DNA from: the human T2T-CHM13v2.0 reference genome, Homo sapiens
Direction: 5' to 3' (one strand)
Length of the DNA: 64,000 nt
NCBI RefSeq assembly: GCF_009914755.1
Contig: NC_060926.1
Shown here: in pieces, positions 42,690 to 61,268 of the stretch
How positions within the stretch are numbered: position 1 is the stretch's first letter
How the letters are laid out: each line of letters starts with the position of its first letter
Translations under genes and position numbers: made by a program
Notes under the pieces: model-generated
Databases searched by the model: none
Seen by the model: only the letters and a program-made list of their open reading frames with translations
Told to the model about the DNA's origin: nothing

Positions 42690-43175
42690 CCATAATCTAC
42701 TGTTTATATGAAATGTCCAGAACAGGCAAACCCATAGAGACAGAAATTAGATTAATAATTGTCAGGGAATGGGAAGGAGGCAGAATTGAGAAGTAGCTGT
42801 TAGTGACTATGGGATTTCTATTTGAGGTGATAAAAAATTTCTGAAGTTAGATAATGGTGATAGTCACACAACTGTTTGAATATAGTAAAAAAAAAAAAAA
42901 AAAAAAAAACCACTGAAGCCAGGTGTGGTGGCTCATGCATGTAATCCCAGCACTTTGGGAGCTTGAGGTGGGAGGATCACTTGTTGTCCAGGAGTTTGAG
43001 ATCAGCCTGGGCAACATGGTAAAACCCCATCTCTACAAAAAATACAAAAAAATTAGCCAAGATCACACCACTGCACTCCAGCCTGGGCAACAGAGACTGT
43101 CTCAACAAAACAAAACAAAACACACAACACTAAGTTGTATACTTTAAAAGGGTGAATTGTCTCTCAATACAGCTA
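42690..43175 (+). mobile_element. L1MB 3' UTR fragment interrupted by an internally deleted Alu (42918-43120)
   Basis: gaaatgtccagaacaggcaaacccatagagacagaaa...gtatactttaaaagggtgaat. Confidence 0.82.
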
Positions 43176-43244
43176 TTGTGACTACCATAATCTTCCAAGT
43201 TTGTCTTGATTCATTTTTAAAGTATAAAATGCTGTTTTTTATAG

Positions 43245-43370
<126 letters not shown>

Positions 43371-43586
43371 TAATGAACTGTTCTGCTCTTCATTTTAAGT
43401 AAAACTTGACTTCTTCTGATTTTCCTTTGATTTTTACAACTGCTGTTCTTCCATTCAGACTGATCTTTTGAATTATCTTTGAATCTTCCTTTGTTTCCCT
43501 CACACAGACAGTGCCCTCCCTGCCACCTCCTGTATCATTCAGTTCATGGGTATATCCGTTAATAATTTTCTCTTTTTAAAAAATAA

Positions 43587-43890
43587 GGCTGGGCGCAGTG
43601 GCTCACGCCTGTAATCCCAGCAATTTGGGAGGCTGAGGCAGGCGGATCACCTGAGGTTGGGAGTTCAAGACCAGCCTGGCCAACATGGTGAAACCCCATC
43701 TCTACTAAAAAATACAAAAAGTAGCCAGGCATGTTGGCGGGTGCCTGTAATCCCAGCTACTCGGGAGGCTGAGGTGGGAGAATCGCTTGAACCGGGGAGG
43801 CGGAGGTTGTGGTGAGCTAAGATTCGTGCCACTGCATTGCAGCCTGGGCGACAGAGCAAGACTCTGTCACAAATAATAATAATAATAATA
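43587..43890 (+). mobile_element. Alu (AluS) with (AAT)n tail
   Basis: Full dimer. Confidence 0.95.
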
Positions 43891-44481
43891 ACATGGGTTT
43901 TAAAATCTTAATAATAAAAATAATCAATGCATGAGGTTTAAAAAGGGCCTGGAAAGGGCCAAAAAATGCCAATTCTCCTACCAGCCAAAGTGAATTAATG
44001 CTCTCATGAATTATATTCTTATTTATATCCCAGTGTCACTTGGATTTGTTCTGCCAGGACGCAAAGGAAAGCCGTTGTTTTTGGCTTTCCAGGACTGTTC
44101 GTAGTCTCTTAATCAGGGTCTTTGCTTCCTGGCTGTCTCCTTCCTCCCACAAACACATTAATCTTTCTTAAGTGTTGCCCTTATTCAAGACCCATCAGCA
44201 ATTCTTTACTATTGCCAGTGAAAAAAGTTTTATTTAATAAAGTACGTTTCCTGTTGCCTCTGCAATAAACTTTATTCTTTAAGTGCTGATCCCTCAACTT
44301 GGCACTCAAGAACAATTGGGCTACACCTAAGTATCCTCTGAGGATAATTAATGTAATGTTTCATTAAAATAGTTGGATAGTTTTAATATATCAAGACACT
44401 GTTTTTTAATATGCATACTTATGAAAATTTCAATTTGTAACAAAAATTTCTAAGTGGAATAGTCCTAAAATTCGAAATTTT

Positions 44482-45130
<649 letters not shown>

Positions 45131-45427
45131 TTTTAAGGTATTCAAATAAAACATGTAATTGAAGAAAAGACAAGGTTTTTTTTTTTTTAGGAAAGAATTT
45201 TTATCAAGACCTAGACTGTGGTATAAGATTTATGTTGAATTTTCTGTTCCTTTTTTAGAGACCAATATTTTAAAAGAAGTAAATTTAGGAAAAGTATATT
45301 GATTTATCTCCCTGTTGTACCTTTTTTTTTTTTTTTAGCCCATTCTTGGTACTGTCAGTAATAGCTACCAATGTCTAAGAGATGTAGATTTTTAAATTTT
45401 GATATTGCTCTTTTTTGTGCTGTCTAG

Positions 45428-45535
<108 letters not shown>

Positions 45536-45738
45536 TAAACCTTATAAATGTGGAATTGCCCTACAGTTTTATAAATCACATAAGTATATACATGATACTT
45601 ATTTTTTATTTAAAAAATATAAAAACACTTTGGCCTTTCTGTATGTTTTCTACCCAGTTATTTTCAAAAAGTATATAAACATGAAAACTAATTTAAATAA
45701 AAGCCTTTTTTCTTTCACTTCCTTGAAAATATCCAGTG

Positions 45739-46074
<336 letters not shown>

Positions 46075-46228
46075 TTATTGAACTAAAGATGAATGGATAT
46101 TTACAACAGGGAAAAAATATTTTTAGAGACTATCCCTTTTTGTCTTTAGATAACCATTTGATATTAGATATGAGGATATTAGCTTCTCTAGGAAGGAATG
46201 TCTAAATTGTAAATTATGGCTCTTTTAG

Positions 46229-46354
<126 letters not shown>

Positions 46355-47716
46355 TAAGTGCTTCTTATTCCTTTTATAAAATACACATTGCTTCTTTGAA
46401 TTTGTATTGATTTTTTACTATGGCCAACCAAAAAAATTTTTTTTTTATCGTACTACTACTTTTGATAATCAGAGTCTGATAATTACTTCACTAAGTTTTC
46501 TTGAAAATAACTTGGTTGCCTTTCAGAAATCTTGACTATACTTGTGTTGATTTCCCTTCATCACCAAATTTAAATTGATATTGCTCAGAATTTCTTTTTA
46601 CCATGTAATAAGTATGTGCTAAAGAGTAATAAATTCTTGAAATTTTTCTTCCCAGATGTTTTAAACTTTATAACTTAATAATCAAACATATTAAAGTATC
46701 TGTCTAATATAATATTTGGGTAGATATACAACTTATACTGATGTGTTTTCAGTAATAATGTGAATAAAGAAGAGAGAATGTGTGGCAATTTAGAACATGT
46801 CATTTTGATAAGAAGAAGAAGATTTTATAGTTCTGTTTATGATCTACCCTGTCAACTTCTCACAATTAATTTTTTCAAGGCAAGCTGCCCACAGGCAACA
46901 GAATAACCTGATTTTAATTTCCCTTTTTCTCCCTGTGAACTTAGGGATGACTTTTGAGTTTTGAATTCTAATAATAAGGACAAAACTATTTTACACATTA
47001 ACTTAGTTATAGATTGATATGAAAGTAGGTGGTACTTTTTTTTTCTACTTTTTCTTTGCAAACCTTCCCTAGGATTTTTATAATGTTTGATATTTGATTT
47101 GACTTGATTTACCAGTGGAACTTTGCTGTGTATATATGTATACCATCACTGCCATTAGTCAAACTTTTTTTTCTGATAATAACCAAAAGAAGATTTTATA
47201 ATTCTTTAAAACAGTGTTCTAAGGAAACACTCATATAAATAACTTATTTTATTGGTAATTAAAGATACAAGTTGTTTTACATTTTAGTGGTACATTTTTG
47301 CATAGATACAAATGGCTTTGACCTGAAAACTTTTTTATTCTCCTGAATATTAATGAGTAGTATGTAAAAGGAAATTGGCCTCAGCTTAATGAACCCATTA
47401 CTATTTTGGTTTTTGAAATTCAGTGTTTATGGCCTACAAAAATCTTTTATTCTTATTTAGATTTTATACACGCTAATTCAGATGTCACCATTCAGACCAA
47501 TTATGCATGTATCAGTGATAGACCTTGAAGAATCACTGTATATCTTTTGGTAATAATCTGGTTTAGGCCTTTTTCCTATCCACCATCTCTTTTTTCTTTT
47601 ACCTTTAGATTTCTAGGTATCAATTTTCACAATTCTTGACTGGTTCTTCCTTTTTTTTTTTTCCTGTTACCTTGGCCACAAAAGGATGTTTAATTATCAC
47701 AGTGCTTTATACTAGC

Positions 47717-47748
<32 letters not shown>

Positions 47749-48053
47749 GGAAACAATCTAAGTGTCTAAAAAGTAAAGAAATAGTTAAATTGTGGTACAT
47801 CTATACAGTATTATGTACCTGTTAAAAATAGACTACTCAGTCATTTGGAAAGATGTCTGTAGAAAATTGTTAAGTGAAAAATTGTTAAATGAAAAATATA
47901 TTGTTATGAACAATATATGTAGCACTTTTATGTGAAAAATATTTGTATATTAATTCATACATTAGGATAGATATTCACCAAAAAATTTGTGTTAATTATC
48001 TCTGGGATGTGGAATTATAGTTGATTTTAAGTTTCTTCTGTTTTGATTCTCTA

Positions 48054-48400
<347 letters not shown>

Positions 48401-48532
48401 ATGAAAACTATTCCAGAATTAAGTGTTTATGATATTTTGTTGTTCAGAAAAAAGTATTAAGCAATAAAATTTTTTTCGTTTTCTAGTATGGTATAATGAT
48501 ATGAATACAGAGTTTGATAATGAGGCATATGA

Positions 48533-48799
<267 letters not shown>

Positions 48800-49556
48800 T
48801 AAGCTATTTTTTTATGACTATGTTAGTGTTGAAAACTGTTTGCCTTCATGTCATGTACTGTGTAACATGTCTTTTTTATTCTCCTGTATTAAATTTTGAT
48901 CAGCTAAAAATAAACTAGTTTGAGAATGAGTCACTCAAACTGTCTCACACAAGTGATTTAAGGAGAATTCCTTTTTCAATGTTATCCCAGTGTACCTTTG
49001 TGATTCTTACTGTTTTGAGGAATCTACCAGAGATTTATAATTAGATCTGATTTAGAGCTAAATCTAAGGCATCACCGGAGAGTCAAACCAATCCAATGCC
49101 TATGCCTATGTAGTCCTAAAAATATGTATCATGAGGAATGGAAGGAGGAGCAATAAGAGACTCTTACATTATTACAGCAGCTCAAACAAGTCTTTGATAC
49201 CACTGTATTTACACTGTGGGTATTATAACTTACCTATGTTGTACATTTTCCTAATCCTAAGGAAACCAGCTTTTCCATGAATCTTCTGTTCCTCAGTAAA
49301 TCCTCCACATAGCTCCCTATTTATACATTTTTGTCTCCATGTTGCCTTACTGTTTAACAGCCATTTTGCCTTCCCTACCCAAACCAGAGCTATGTAAATA
49401 TTGCCTTTTCTGTTCTCTTTCCATGTAGCTTTTATCTCTCACAGTTAACCTGGGTTCCTTATTTCTGTTTATGTACAATAAGCCTTGGCTTTCAAGAAGA
49501 GACTCTGGCCCTCAGATCACTAAACATCCCCAGATTTTACATGTCCCATGTAACCT

Positions 49557-50352
49557 TTGATGGTGACCTTTGAAGTATTATATAGTCTATTTTTGAAGCT
49601 TTGTAAAAATTCATTTAGTCATAAAATTATTAAAAGCTGAAAAGATCCAGTTATACTTTATTGCATCTTTTTTTTTTTTTTTTTTTTGAGACAGAGTCTC
49701 ACTCCTTCACCCAGGCTGGAGTGCAGTGGTGCAATCTCAGCTCACTGAGATGCGTGTGGTGTGGTATGGTGTGCCACCACACCTGGGTAATTTTTTTGTA
49801 TTTTTGGTAGAGATGGGGTTTTGCCATATTGCCCAGGCTGGTCTTGAACTCCTGATGTTAAGTGATCAGCACACCTTGGCCTGCCAAAGTAAGTATCTGA
49901 TAGAAGATACTTTTCTCTCCATAAGATACAGTAAAGTAGGCCAGGTGTGGCAGTTCACACCTCTAATCCCAGCACTTTGGGAGGCCAAGGTGGGTGGATC
50001 ACCTGAGGTCAGAATTTCAAGACCAGCCTGGCCTGGCCAAAATGGTGAAACCCCGTCTCTACTAAAAATACAAAAAAATTAGCCAGGCATGGTAGTACAT
50101 GCCTGAAGTCCTAGCTACTCAGGAGACTGAGGCATGAGAGTCGCTTGAACATGGGAGGCGGAGGTTGCAGTGAGCTGAGATTGTGCCACTGCACTCCAGG
50201 CTGGGTGAAGGAGTGAAACTGTCTCAAAAAAAAAAAAAAAATGCAATAAAGTATAACTAGGTCTTTTCAGCTTTTAATAATTTTATGACTAAATGATTTT
50301 TTTTACAAAGCTTCAAAAATAGATTGTATAATACTTCAAAGGTCACCATCAA
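49557..50352. repeat. Inverted duplication (arms 49557-49747 and 50168-50352)
   Basis: Arms are near-perfect reverse complements, including ~110 bp of non-Alu flank. Confidence 0.9.
49668..49890 (-). mobile_element. Chimeric/partial antisense Alu
   Basis: Two Alu pieces joined by a short filler (agatgcgtgtggtgtggtat). Confidence 0.85.
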
Positions 50353-50689
50353 GAAAGTAAAAACTGGCCAAACATGTTGGCTTATGCCTTTAATCCCCAA
50401 CACTTTGGGAGGCCAGGTCAGGTGGATCACTTGAGCCCATGAGTTTGAGATCAGCCTAGGCAACAAGGCAAAACCCCATCTCTACAAAAAATAGAAAGTT
50501 AGTCGGGTGTGGTGGTGTGCACCTGTAGTCCCAGCTACTTGGGAGGCTGAGGTGGGAGGATAGATTGAACCCAGGAGGTCGAGGCTATAGTGAACCATGA
50601 TTGCACCACTGTACTCCAGACTGGGTGACACAGCAAAGCTCTATCTCAAAAAAAAAAAAAAAAAGGAAAAGAAAAGAAATGAAATGAAA

Positions 50690-52445
<1,756 letters not shown>

Positions 52446-52816
52446 ATACCTCTTCTTGAATATACTATATACTGAAATGTTTTAGATGGTCAGATGTCTA
52501 TAATTAAATTATAATTAAATTCAAAATTCTGTTAAGATCAGCTCTGCTTCAAACCAAGATTAAATAGGTGTAAAACACAAGAGACAAATTGGTCATTAAT
52601 GTCACTTTTTTTCTTTGTAGCATAGCCTTACCTTAGACTCAAGGCCATTAAATACTTAATAAATCCAGGAAAACAATATCAAATGAAATAAAACAGAAGG
52701 GATTTATACTGTTGTTTTATTAGGGAAAGCATAATACAATTGCAGCATATCCATTTGAGCTTCATTCAGCTACTATAGACGCAGTGCCCATGATTAAATT
52801 TAAATAAATAAAATTA

Positions 52817-52990
52817 AGCCAGGAGCAGTGGCCTGGGCCTCTTAGTCCCAGCTACTTGGAAGGCTGAGGTGGGAGAATCTCTTGAGGCCAGGAGTTTGAC
52901 ACTGTAGCACATTATGATGGTGCCTGTGAATAGCCACTGCACTCCAGTCTGGGCAACATAGTGAGACCCTCATCTCTAAAATAAATAAAT
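52817..52990 (+). mobile_element. FAM (fossil Alu monomer)
   Basis: Monomer retaining the 7SL-derived gcctgtgaatagccactgcactccag segment. Confidence 0.82.
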
Positions 52991-53281
52991 ACATAAAATT
53001 AATTAATTGAAAATTAAATAATATTAAAATAAGACAATAGATTATGCAAGTAAAACATAAAAGCTTTAGCCACAGAGTTATTTCCCTAACTCACTCTCTG
53101 GTTTTAAGAGGAAGAGTTTGTAAAAATATTTATATATCAGTGATTAAATCAGCAGCGTTCCTATAGATCTATTAACCAAGTATATTGATACTATAATGTT
53201 TATAATCATATTTATACTCTGATTTTCAAATATTGAAATAACATTCACTTTCTATAATAAATTTTATTCAGCAAAAATGCC

Positions 53282-53568
53282 TTTTTTTTTTGAGACAGAG
53301 TCTTGCTCTGTCGGCCAGGCTGGAGTGCAGTGGCACAATCTCCCAGGAATCTCTGCCTCCCGGGCTCAAGCAGTTCTCCTGGCTCAGCCTCCCAAGTAGC
53401 TGGGATTACAGGTGTGTGCCACCACGCCTGGCTAATTTTTGTATTTTTAGTAGCAACGAGGTTTCACCATGTTGGCCAGGCTGGTCTTGAACTCCTGACC
53501 TGAGGTAATCCACCCGCCTCAGCCTCCCAAAGTGCTGGAATTACAGGCGTGAGCCACTGTACCCAGCC
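53282..53568 (-). mobile_element. Alu (AluS)
   Basis: Antisense dimer. Confidence 0.95.
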
Positions 53569-53835
53569 CTAAAAAGACTCTTAAGATTATATTTAATTTA
53601 TTTGAAATTTTTCTCCAGTGTGATTTGGTTTTCAACTAATTCAACTAAGGTGCTACTGGTGATTAAAATTAGAGTATTTAGTTCCTGACAACACAATATG
53701 AAAGATAGAGATTATCATAATAAGGAGAGTAAATTGTACATGTAGGCATTAAAGAGGAGATTCAGAAAACAGTACCTCTAATCATTAGGAACCCTGAAGG
53801 GAGTTTAAAAGTTTTGTTTCATGTCTTGTTGTTGA

Positions 53836-54015
<180 letters not shown>

Positions 54016-54424
54016 TAGAGGATTAAAAATTTGACTAGCAGGTCCCAATGGAGGAGCCTCAAAAATGTCTTTCAGGACATTTTTGTAATATCCTGTAGAT
54101 TATTTAAGATTCATTCTGTCTGTGGATTACTTAGTGACAGGGCTGAACTAATGCTATGAGTCTTACCTTCCAGGGAAGTGCTATAGGGAACTAAGCCAAA
54201 GGAGTCAAATTTGAATCAGTAAGAGAATTTATCAGACTACAGTGTTTACTAGGGAAGCAAAAATGACCATATGCTATTTCAGCTATATATACCACTTAGG
54301 TTAAAAGTGTCTGAGTTAGATAAGGTGAGGATTTAGACTAACCATCAGCTGACTACAGGTCTGTTAACCAACTCCATGGGCAAACTCATGTCTTTATATA
54401 TACAGTTTCACTGAATACAGCCAG

Positions 54425-54777
<353 letters not shown>

Positions 54778-55684
54778 TAAGCATAGTGGCAGATTTGAGT
54801 AGTTGCAACAGATATGATAACACTCACAAAGCCAAAAATATTTATTCTTTGACTTTTTATAGGAAAAATTTGGTAACTCCTGATTTAGAGCATGCAAGAG
54901 TAGGCAAATTAAAATGACAGGATATAAGTTACTGTAATATTTGAAAATTTATGTTATGTTTTTGAAGTAGAGAAGTATGGAGTTAAATATTAATACCTTT
55001 TTAAATGTCCAAATCCTTTTTCTGTGAGGTAGTTTTACATTTACTTTTAAGTACAAATAAGGAAATTAGCAATATTTTTATTATTGGTGTTCTTTAGGGA
55101 GGTTCCACAGTATTAAAGGGTTATTACCAACTTTTTTCCCTGCCCTAACATGTAATGTTAGTGTTTGACCCTTCATTTATTCAGTACAATTATTTGTCAT
55201 ACTGTGGAGAATATATCCAGGGCTTAATGTCACTTTGACCATGAAGTCTGGAACAAGCTGTTGGAGGCAGGGCATCACAGTAAGGCAGTCAGAATTGGTG
55301 ACTTTCAGAAAGTGAGGTAAATCTGTTGTCTGAGTCTGATCCTAAACTCTCAGTCAGCTATTGGACTGGATTCTTCTAAAGCAGAGTATCTAGAATAGGA
55401 GGGATGAGCAGACTACATTTGGATAAAGAATTTATAAGGTACTCTTTAACAATTTATATCAGAGTTAGTTGCTATCTTTAGCACCATTGTCCTGATGGCC
55501 TCCACTTCTAGCTATACATTGCCTCTTTGAAATGAGCCATTTGGGAGAAAGCAAATATATCAATTAGAATGCCTTTAAGAATAAAAAACTTAAAAAGCAA
55601 AGAAAAACAGAATGCCTTTAGGAAAAAATTTAATAAAACCAACTCAAAATTGTGCAAACAAGGAAATTTTAGTGTTTCCCATAA

Positions 55685-56085
55685 TAAAAATCCTGAGGTA
55701 TGGTAGTTTCAGATAGTTTAGCATCATCAGCGCCAACTTTTTTTCTGTATTTTCACTCTGCCATTCTGAGTATTTTGGCTTTGGCTAGTTCCTCTCATGG
55801 TCACAAATGCCTAACGCAGTTTTAGGCATCATAGGCAGATCCAACAGTATCGCAGAAATAAGTGAGGCTGTTAATCCATTGTGTCCTTTCTTAAGAGTGA
55901 GAAACTCTTTCTCATAAGTTCTCCTCACTCTCCAGAACTGGGTCATATACCAACCCCTAGACCAGTCACCTGGAATGGGCATGAAATATAGGGCAGAGAT
56001 GGACACTTGAATGAAATAAAGGTTCTGCTAGCAAATAAAAAGAGGGAATGACTATCAGGTGGGCAACGAATAACATCTGCTACAC
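55685..56085 (-). mobile_element. Old MaLR LTR (MLT1K/L-like)
   Basis: cctctcatggtcacaaatg, ccagaactgggtcatat, ggttctgctagcaa. Confidence 0.55.
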
Positions 56086-56762
56086 TGTGATGGGTTTAAC
56101 ATAAAACCAAAGACCCTGTGCATTCTGTCATTTTATGACATTTAAACTCCTCTCCAACTTGTGATACACTGGTATTTTAAGGCAGCATACTGGTATTTTA
56201 AGGCCTTCTTTTTTGAAGTTCTTTTGTGTTAACAGTCCCCCTTCTCCCCTGCCATGTTGTGTAAACAAAAAAACCCTCATATTTGGGGAAATTTTATCAA
56301 AATGCCATGTTCTAACCTATGAGCAAATCTTTATTATGCAAGTATCTATTTAGAATAGTGGTATGTAAATATTGTTCTTCCATCAGACAACTATAACTCT
56401 TCCAGTAGGTGAGCTTAAGGTATGAGTTACACCAAAAAGCTTTAAGGAGCTGTATTTTACTATTAGAGGGACTGTGTCCCTCTCATTATTTTAAGTGTAA
56501 GAAGAAAACTTAATTTTGCATTTTGGTCTGATTGAAATAAGGGTTGTAGCTATAGTTTCCCCCACTTTTTTTGCTTAACAACTTAATTCTTACTCTAATT
56601 TACCTTATAATAGCTAATTTAAAACTCGTTATTTTTGTTTTTAAATTAACTGGTATGTACTCCAATAGATAAGAATTTTAAAAGAAAAAATATGTTTTGC
56701 TTAGGAATGTGCCCTCATTAGTGTTTGTTTTACTTCGTTTATTATAATCTAAAATGATTTGA

Positions 56763-56921
<159 letters not shown>

Positions 56922-57299
56922 TGACAGAATAATAAGATAAAAGATGTGTTTTCCAGAGGATGGGATAATCTGACTTAGTTATTTTTCTAGATTAATTTGT
57001 AATCTATTATATATGCTGACTTTAGAAAGTACAATATAGCAATTTATTTTGAGGATATGAATCTTCTGATATAATGAGACTATAGTATAGTACCATGAAT
57101 AAATATATATATATATAGCAAAATATTAAACATTTCAGCTCTGTAAAATGTCCATCTGCTGTGTATGTAAATATTCCAGTCACCAAGCTGGTGTAGTTTG
57201 GTGTTTTACAGTTTTCACATTTATTTCAAATCTAATAAGGATGAGTACATTTTTGTTTTCTCTGAAAGATTTCACTAAGCTTCTAAAAGAAAGGCAGCT

Positions 57300-57963
<664 letters not shown>

Positions 57964-58287
57964 TTAGTTTTTAGTTAAATTTCCTAATTTGGAATTGAAG
58001 GACTAGTGAGGGTTAGTTTAACGTTGGTTATTGTGTTGCTATCTTGCAGATGATATTGATGGCTCCACTTTTCCCCACAGTAGCTCACTTTATTCTTTAC
58101 CTAAACTGAAATGTTGGAGGACTCTGAAAATAATTAAGCCAGTACTTGGAAACATTTTCTATCATTATATATTTATAAAATAAGTATATATTTATAAAAT
58201 TCAGAATTTGATTATAATATTTGTAAGCCTTAACCCTATGCATGAATAAGGAATTTAGAAAAAATTTAGAAAAGCAAAAATGAGTAT

Positions 58288-58422
58288 AGCCAAGTGTGGG
58301 TGGTGTGTACCGGTAGTCCCAGCTACTTGGGAGGCTGAAGTGAGAGGATCACTTGAGCCCAGGAGTTTGAGACCAGCCTGGGCAATATAGCAAGACCCTG
58401 TATTTTAAAAAAAAAAAAAAAA
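58288..58422 (+). mobile_element. FLAM monomer
   Basis: Single left-type monomer with A tail. Confidence 0.85.
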
Positions 58423-58479
58423 GTTTATTTGGGAATGAATGATGAATTGCAGTCTGATAATACCTGTGCCCTGGTGAAC

Positions 58480-58803
58480 CATTAGGGACCAGAGATGTAC
58501 CCAGGAAGGCAAGGATTTTTAAAGGTAAAGTGAGGAAGTTTACATGAGTTGTTTTGAAACAATTATCCTTGACCACACGGATTAATAACAAGGATGGCAT
58601 TAGTCCAAGGTTGAACAGGCAGTTGCTGGGCAGACATCCTCGCAGAAGTATTCTTGGTGTATGGTTGTGGTTTTCAGAGTGTCTTTGTCATAGTCTTTAT
58701 TGTAGGCATGTAGGCATGTATGCATAAGAGCTCCTCCTTGATGGACTCTCCACTGAATTTTGTTAGGTTTTGGCATTCCATTTTTATCCATACAGCTTTC
58801 ACA
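58480..58803 (-). mobile_element. ERV1-class LTR fragment (MER67-like, uncertain)
   Basis: ggcagttgctgggcagacatcctcgcagaagtatt ... ends tttcaca. Confidence 0.45.
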
Positions 58804-58899
58804 ACCCTATTAATAAGATATTAGAATTATATATTTCAATTATGTATTACTGAGTAACAAACTGTTCCAAAATTCAGTGGCTTAAAAGTATAGCCATTT

Positions 58900-59046
58900 T
58901 AAGGGAGAGATAGCATTAGGAGAAATACCTAATGTAGATGACGGATTGATGGGTGCAGCAAACCACCATGGCATGTGTATACCTACATAACAAACCTGCA
59001 TGTTCTGCACGTGTATCCCAGAACTTAAAAGTATAACAATAAAAAG
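58900..59046 (+). mobile_element. Severely 5'-truncated L1PA 3' UTR
   Basis: gcattaggagaaatacctaatgtagatgac...gtgcagcaaaccaccatggca; TSD aaagtatagccattt. Confidence 0.93.
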
Positions 59047-60617
59047 AAAGTATAGCCATTTAATCATCATCTCCCACAGTTCAGTGGGTTGGCTGGCCTC
59101 AACTGAGGAATTCTGCTGGTCTTGCTTGAGGTTCTCATGCAGTTAGTAGCAGTCATATGGCAGCTGGGATTGGAGTCATCTGAAAGCTGCATCGAAACGG
59201 TAGGATGCTAGCTTTTCTCCCTCTCCATGTAATGTCAGGATATCTCCTCTCCAACTGGGTAGTCAGACTCCTCACCTGGCAGCTAAGTGCTCCCCAAAAG
59301 TAGAAGCTTCCACTCTTTCTTCATAGCATAACTTCTGCCACTTTGTAATGTTTAAGCAGTAACAGTATCAATGCCAGATTGAAGAGGAGGGAAACTGAGC
59401 TCCATCTTTCAGTGCTAACAGTGAGAAAGAATTTGTAGCTATCTTAAATCAACATGTATTCTGCCCTCTGGTCACAAATTATTTTCCTCCTACATGCAAA
59501 ATATATTCACTTCCTCTCAAGACACCCTTCCCCCACAACTCTTATCTCATTAGGGAAGGAATTGGCAAATTGTTTCTGTAAAGGGACAGATAGTAAATCT
59601 TCGTTGGTCATAAGATCTATGTCACAGGTACTCAGTTCTGCCATTGTACTGCAAAAACAAATGGATGTGGCTGTGTTCTACTACTACTCTACAAATCTGG
59701 CAGCAACTCAGATTTGACCCACAGACAGTAGTTTGCTATTCTGCATTAAGGCTTGAGGCCTAAAATTCAGTATCTCATTATCTAAGTCAAGTCTGTGTGT
59801 GGATGAAACTACTCAGATGTGGCTCCTCTTGGATCTGAAGCCTGAACTAAAGAGAGAAGTTATTTGCCCCCACATGACAACAGTGGTATGAAAGGATAAG
59901 AGAACTTATAAACAGACACTCCCATTCAAAAGGAGGAGAAAAGCAGGAGGCTCCTAGCAGTCACAAATACAAATACTGTTTTATAGCAATTCAGAATTCC
60001 AGTAAGGACATGCTCTCAGATCTTCTGTTAGGGTCCAGTCCTGTCTCCCGAGAGGGGTTCTCAGTGGCTCTTGGTTCTACCTTTGAGCTTTTGGCTCCCC
60101 ACTAAGTCATTCTTTTTATTCCATAAAAATAAATAAATAAATAAATAAATAATAAAACTTTGTTTACAGGAGTATCTTTGTCAGCCTCTTTCCTAACCAC
60201 AGTGAATTGAAGGCCAAAGGTCTCTCTTCTTTTTTAAACAGTTTCTCTCTTTTACTCTAAACTAGTCTAATTCCATTTAAAACTTTATAGGTTTCTTATG
60301 TGTCAGCTCTATTGGACAAAAGCCATTCAACATTACCAAACAGTCCCTTCTCTACTTTGGGCTGGATGGGTGGCTACTATGGAAAAATGCTCTTAAGATT
60401 CCTAGACACTCTATTTTCTAGTTGAGTGGGTCTGTGGGACACAACCTTAAATCTTTCTGAGGTCTCAACAGATTATTTTACAGCCAAACCCTTGAACTAA
60501 ACTTTTATCCAAGACCATATTTTATTGGTGACATTCTGATTTGATAGTTGCCTTAGGCAATTTCTCATTTTGAGAGTCTTTGCCCTCTAGAGATCCCGGG
60601 ACTGAGAAATGTCCCCC

Positions 60618-61268
<651 letters not shown>

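Noticed and set aside
60126-60156. (AAAT)n run containing many AATAAA hexamers
   Set aside because: Simple microsatellite; no downstream evidence for a real poly(A) site. The same applies to the Alu (AAAT)n tails.
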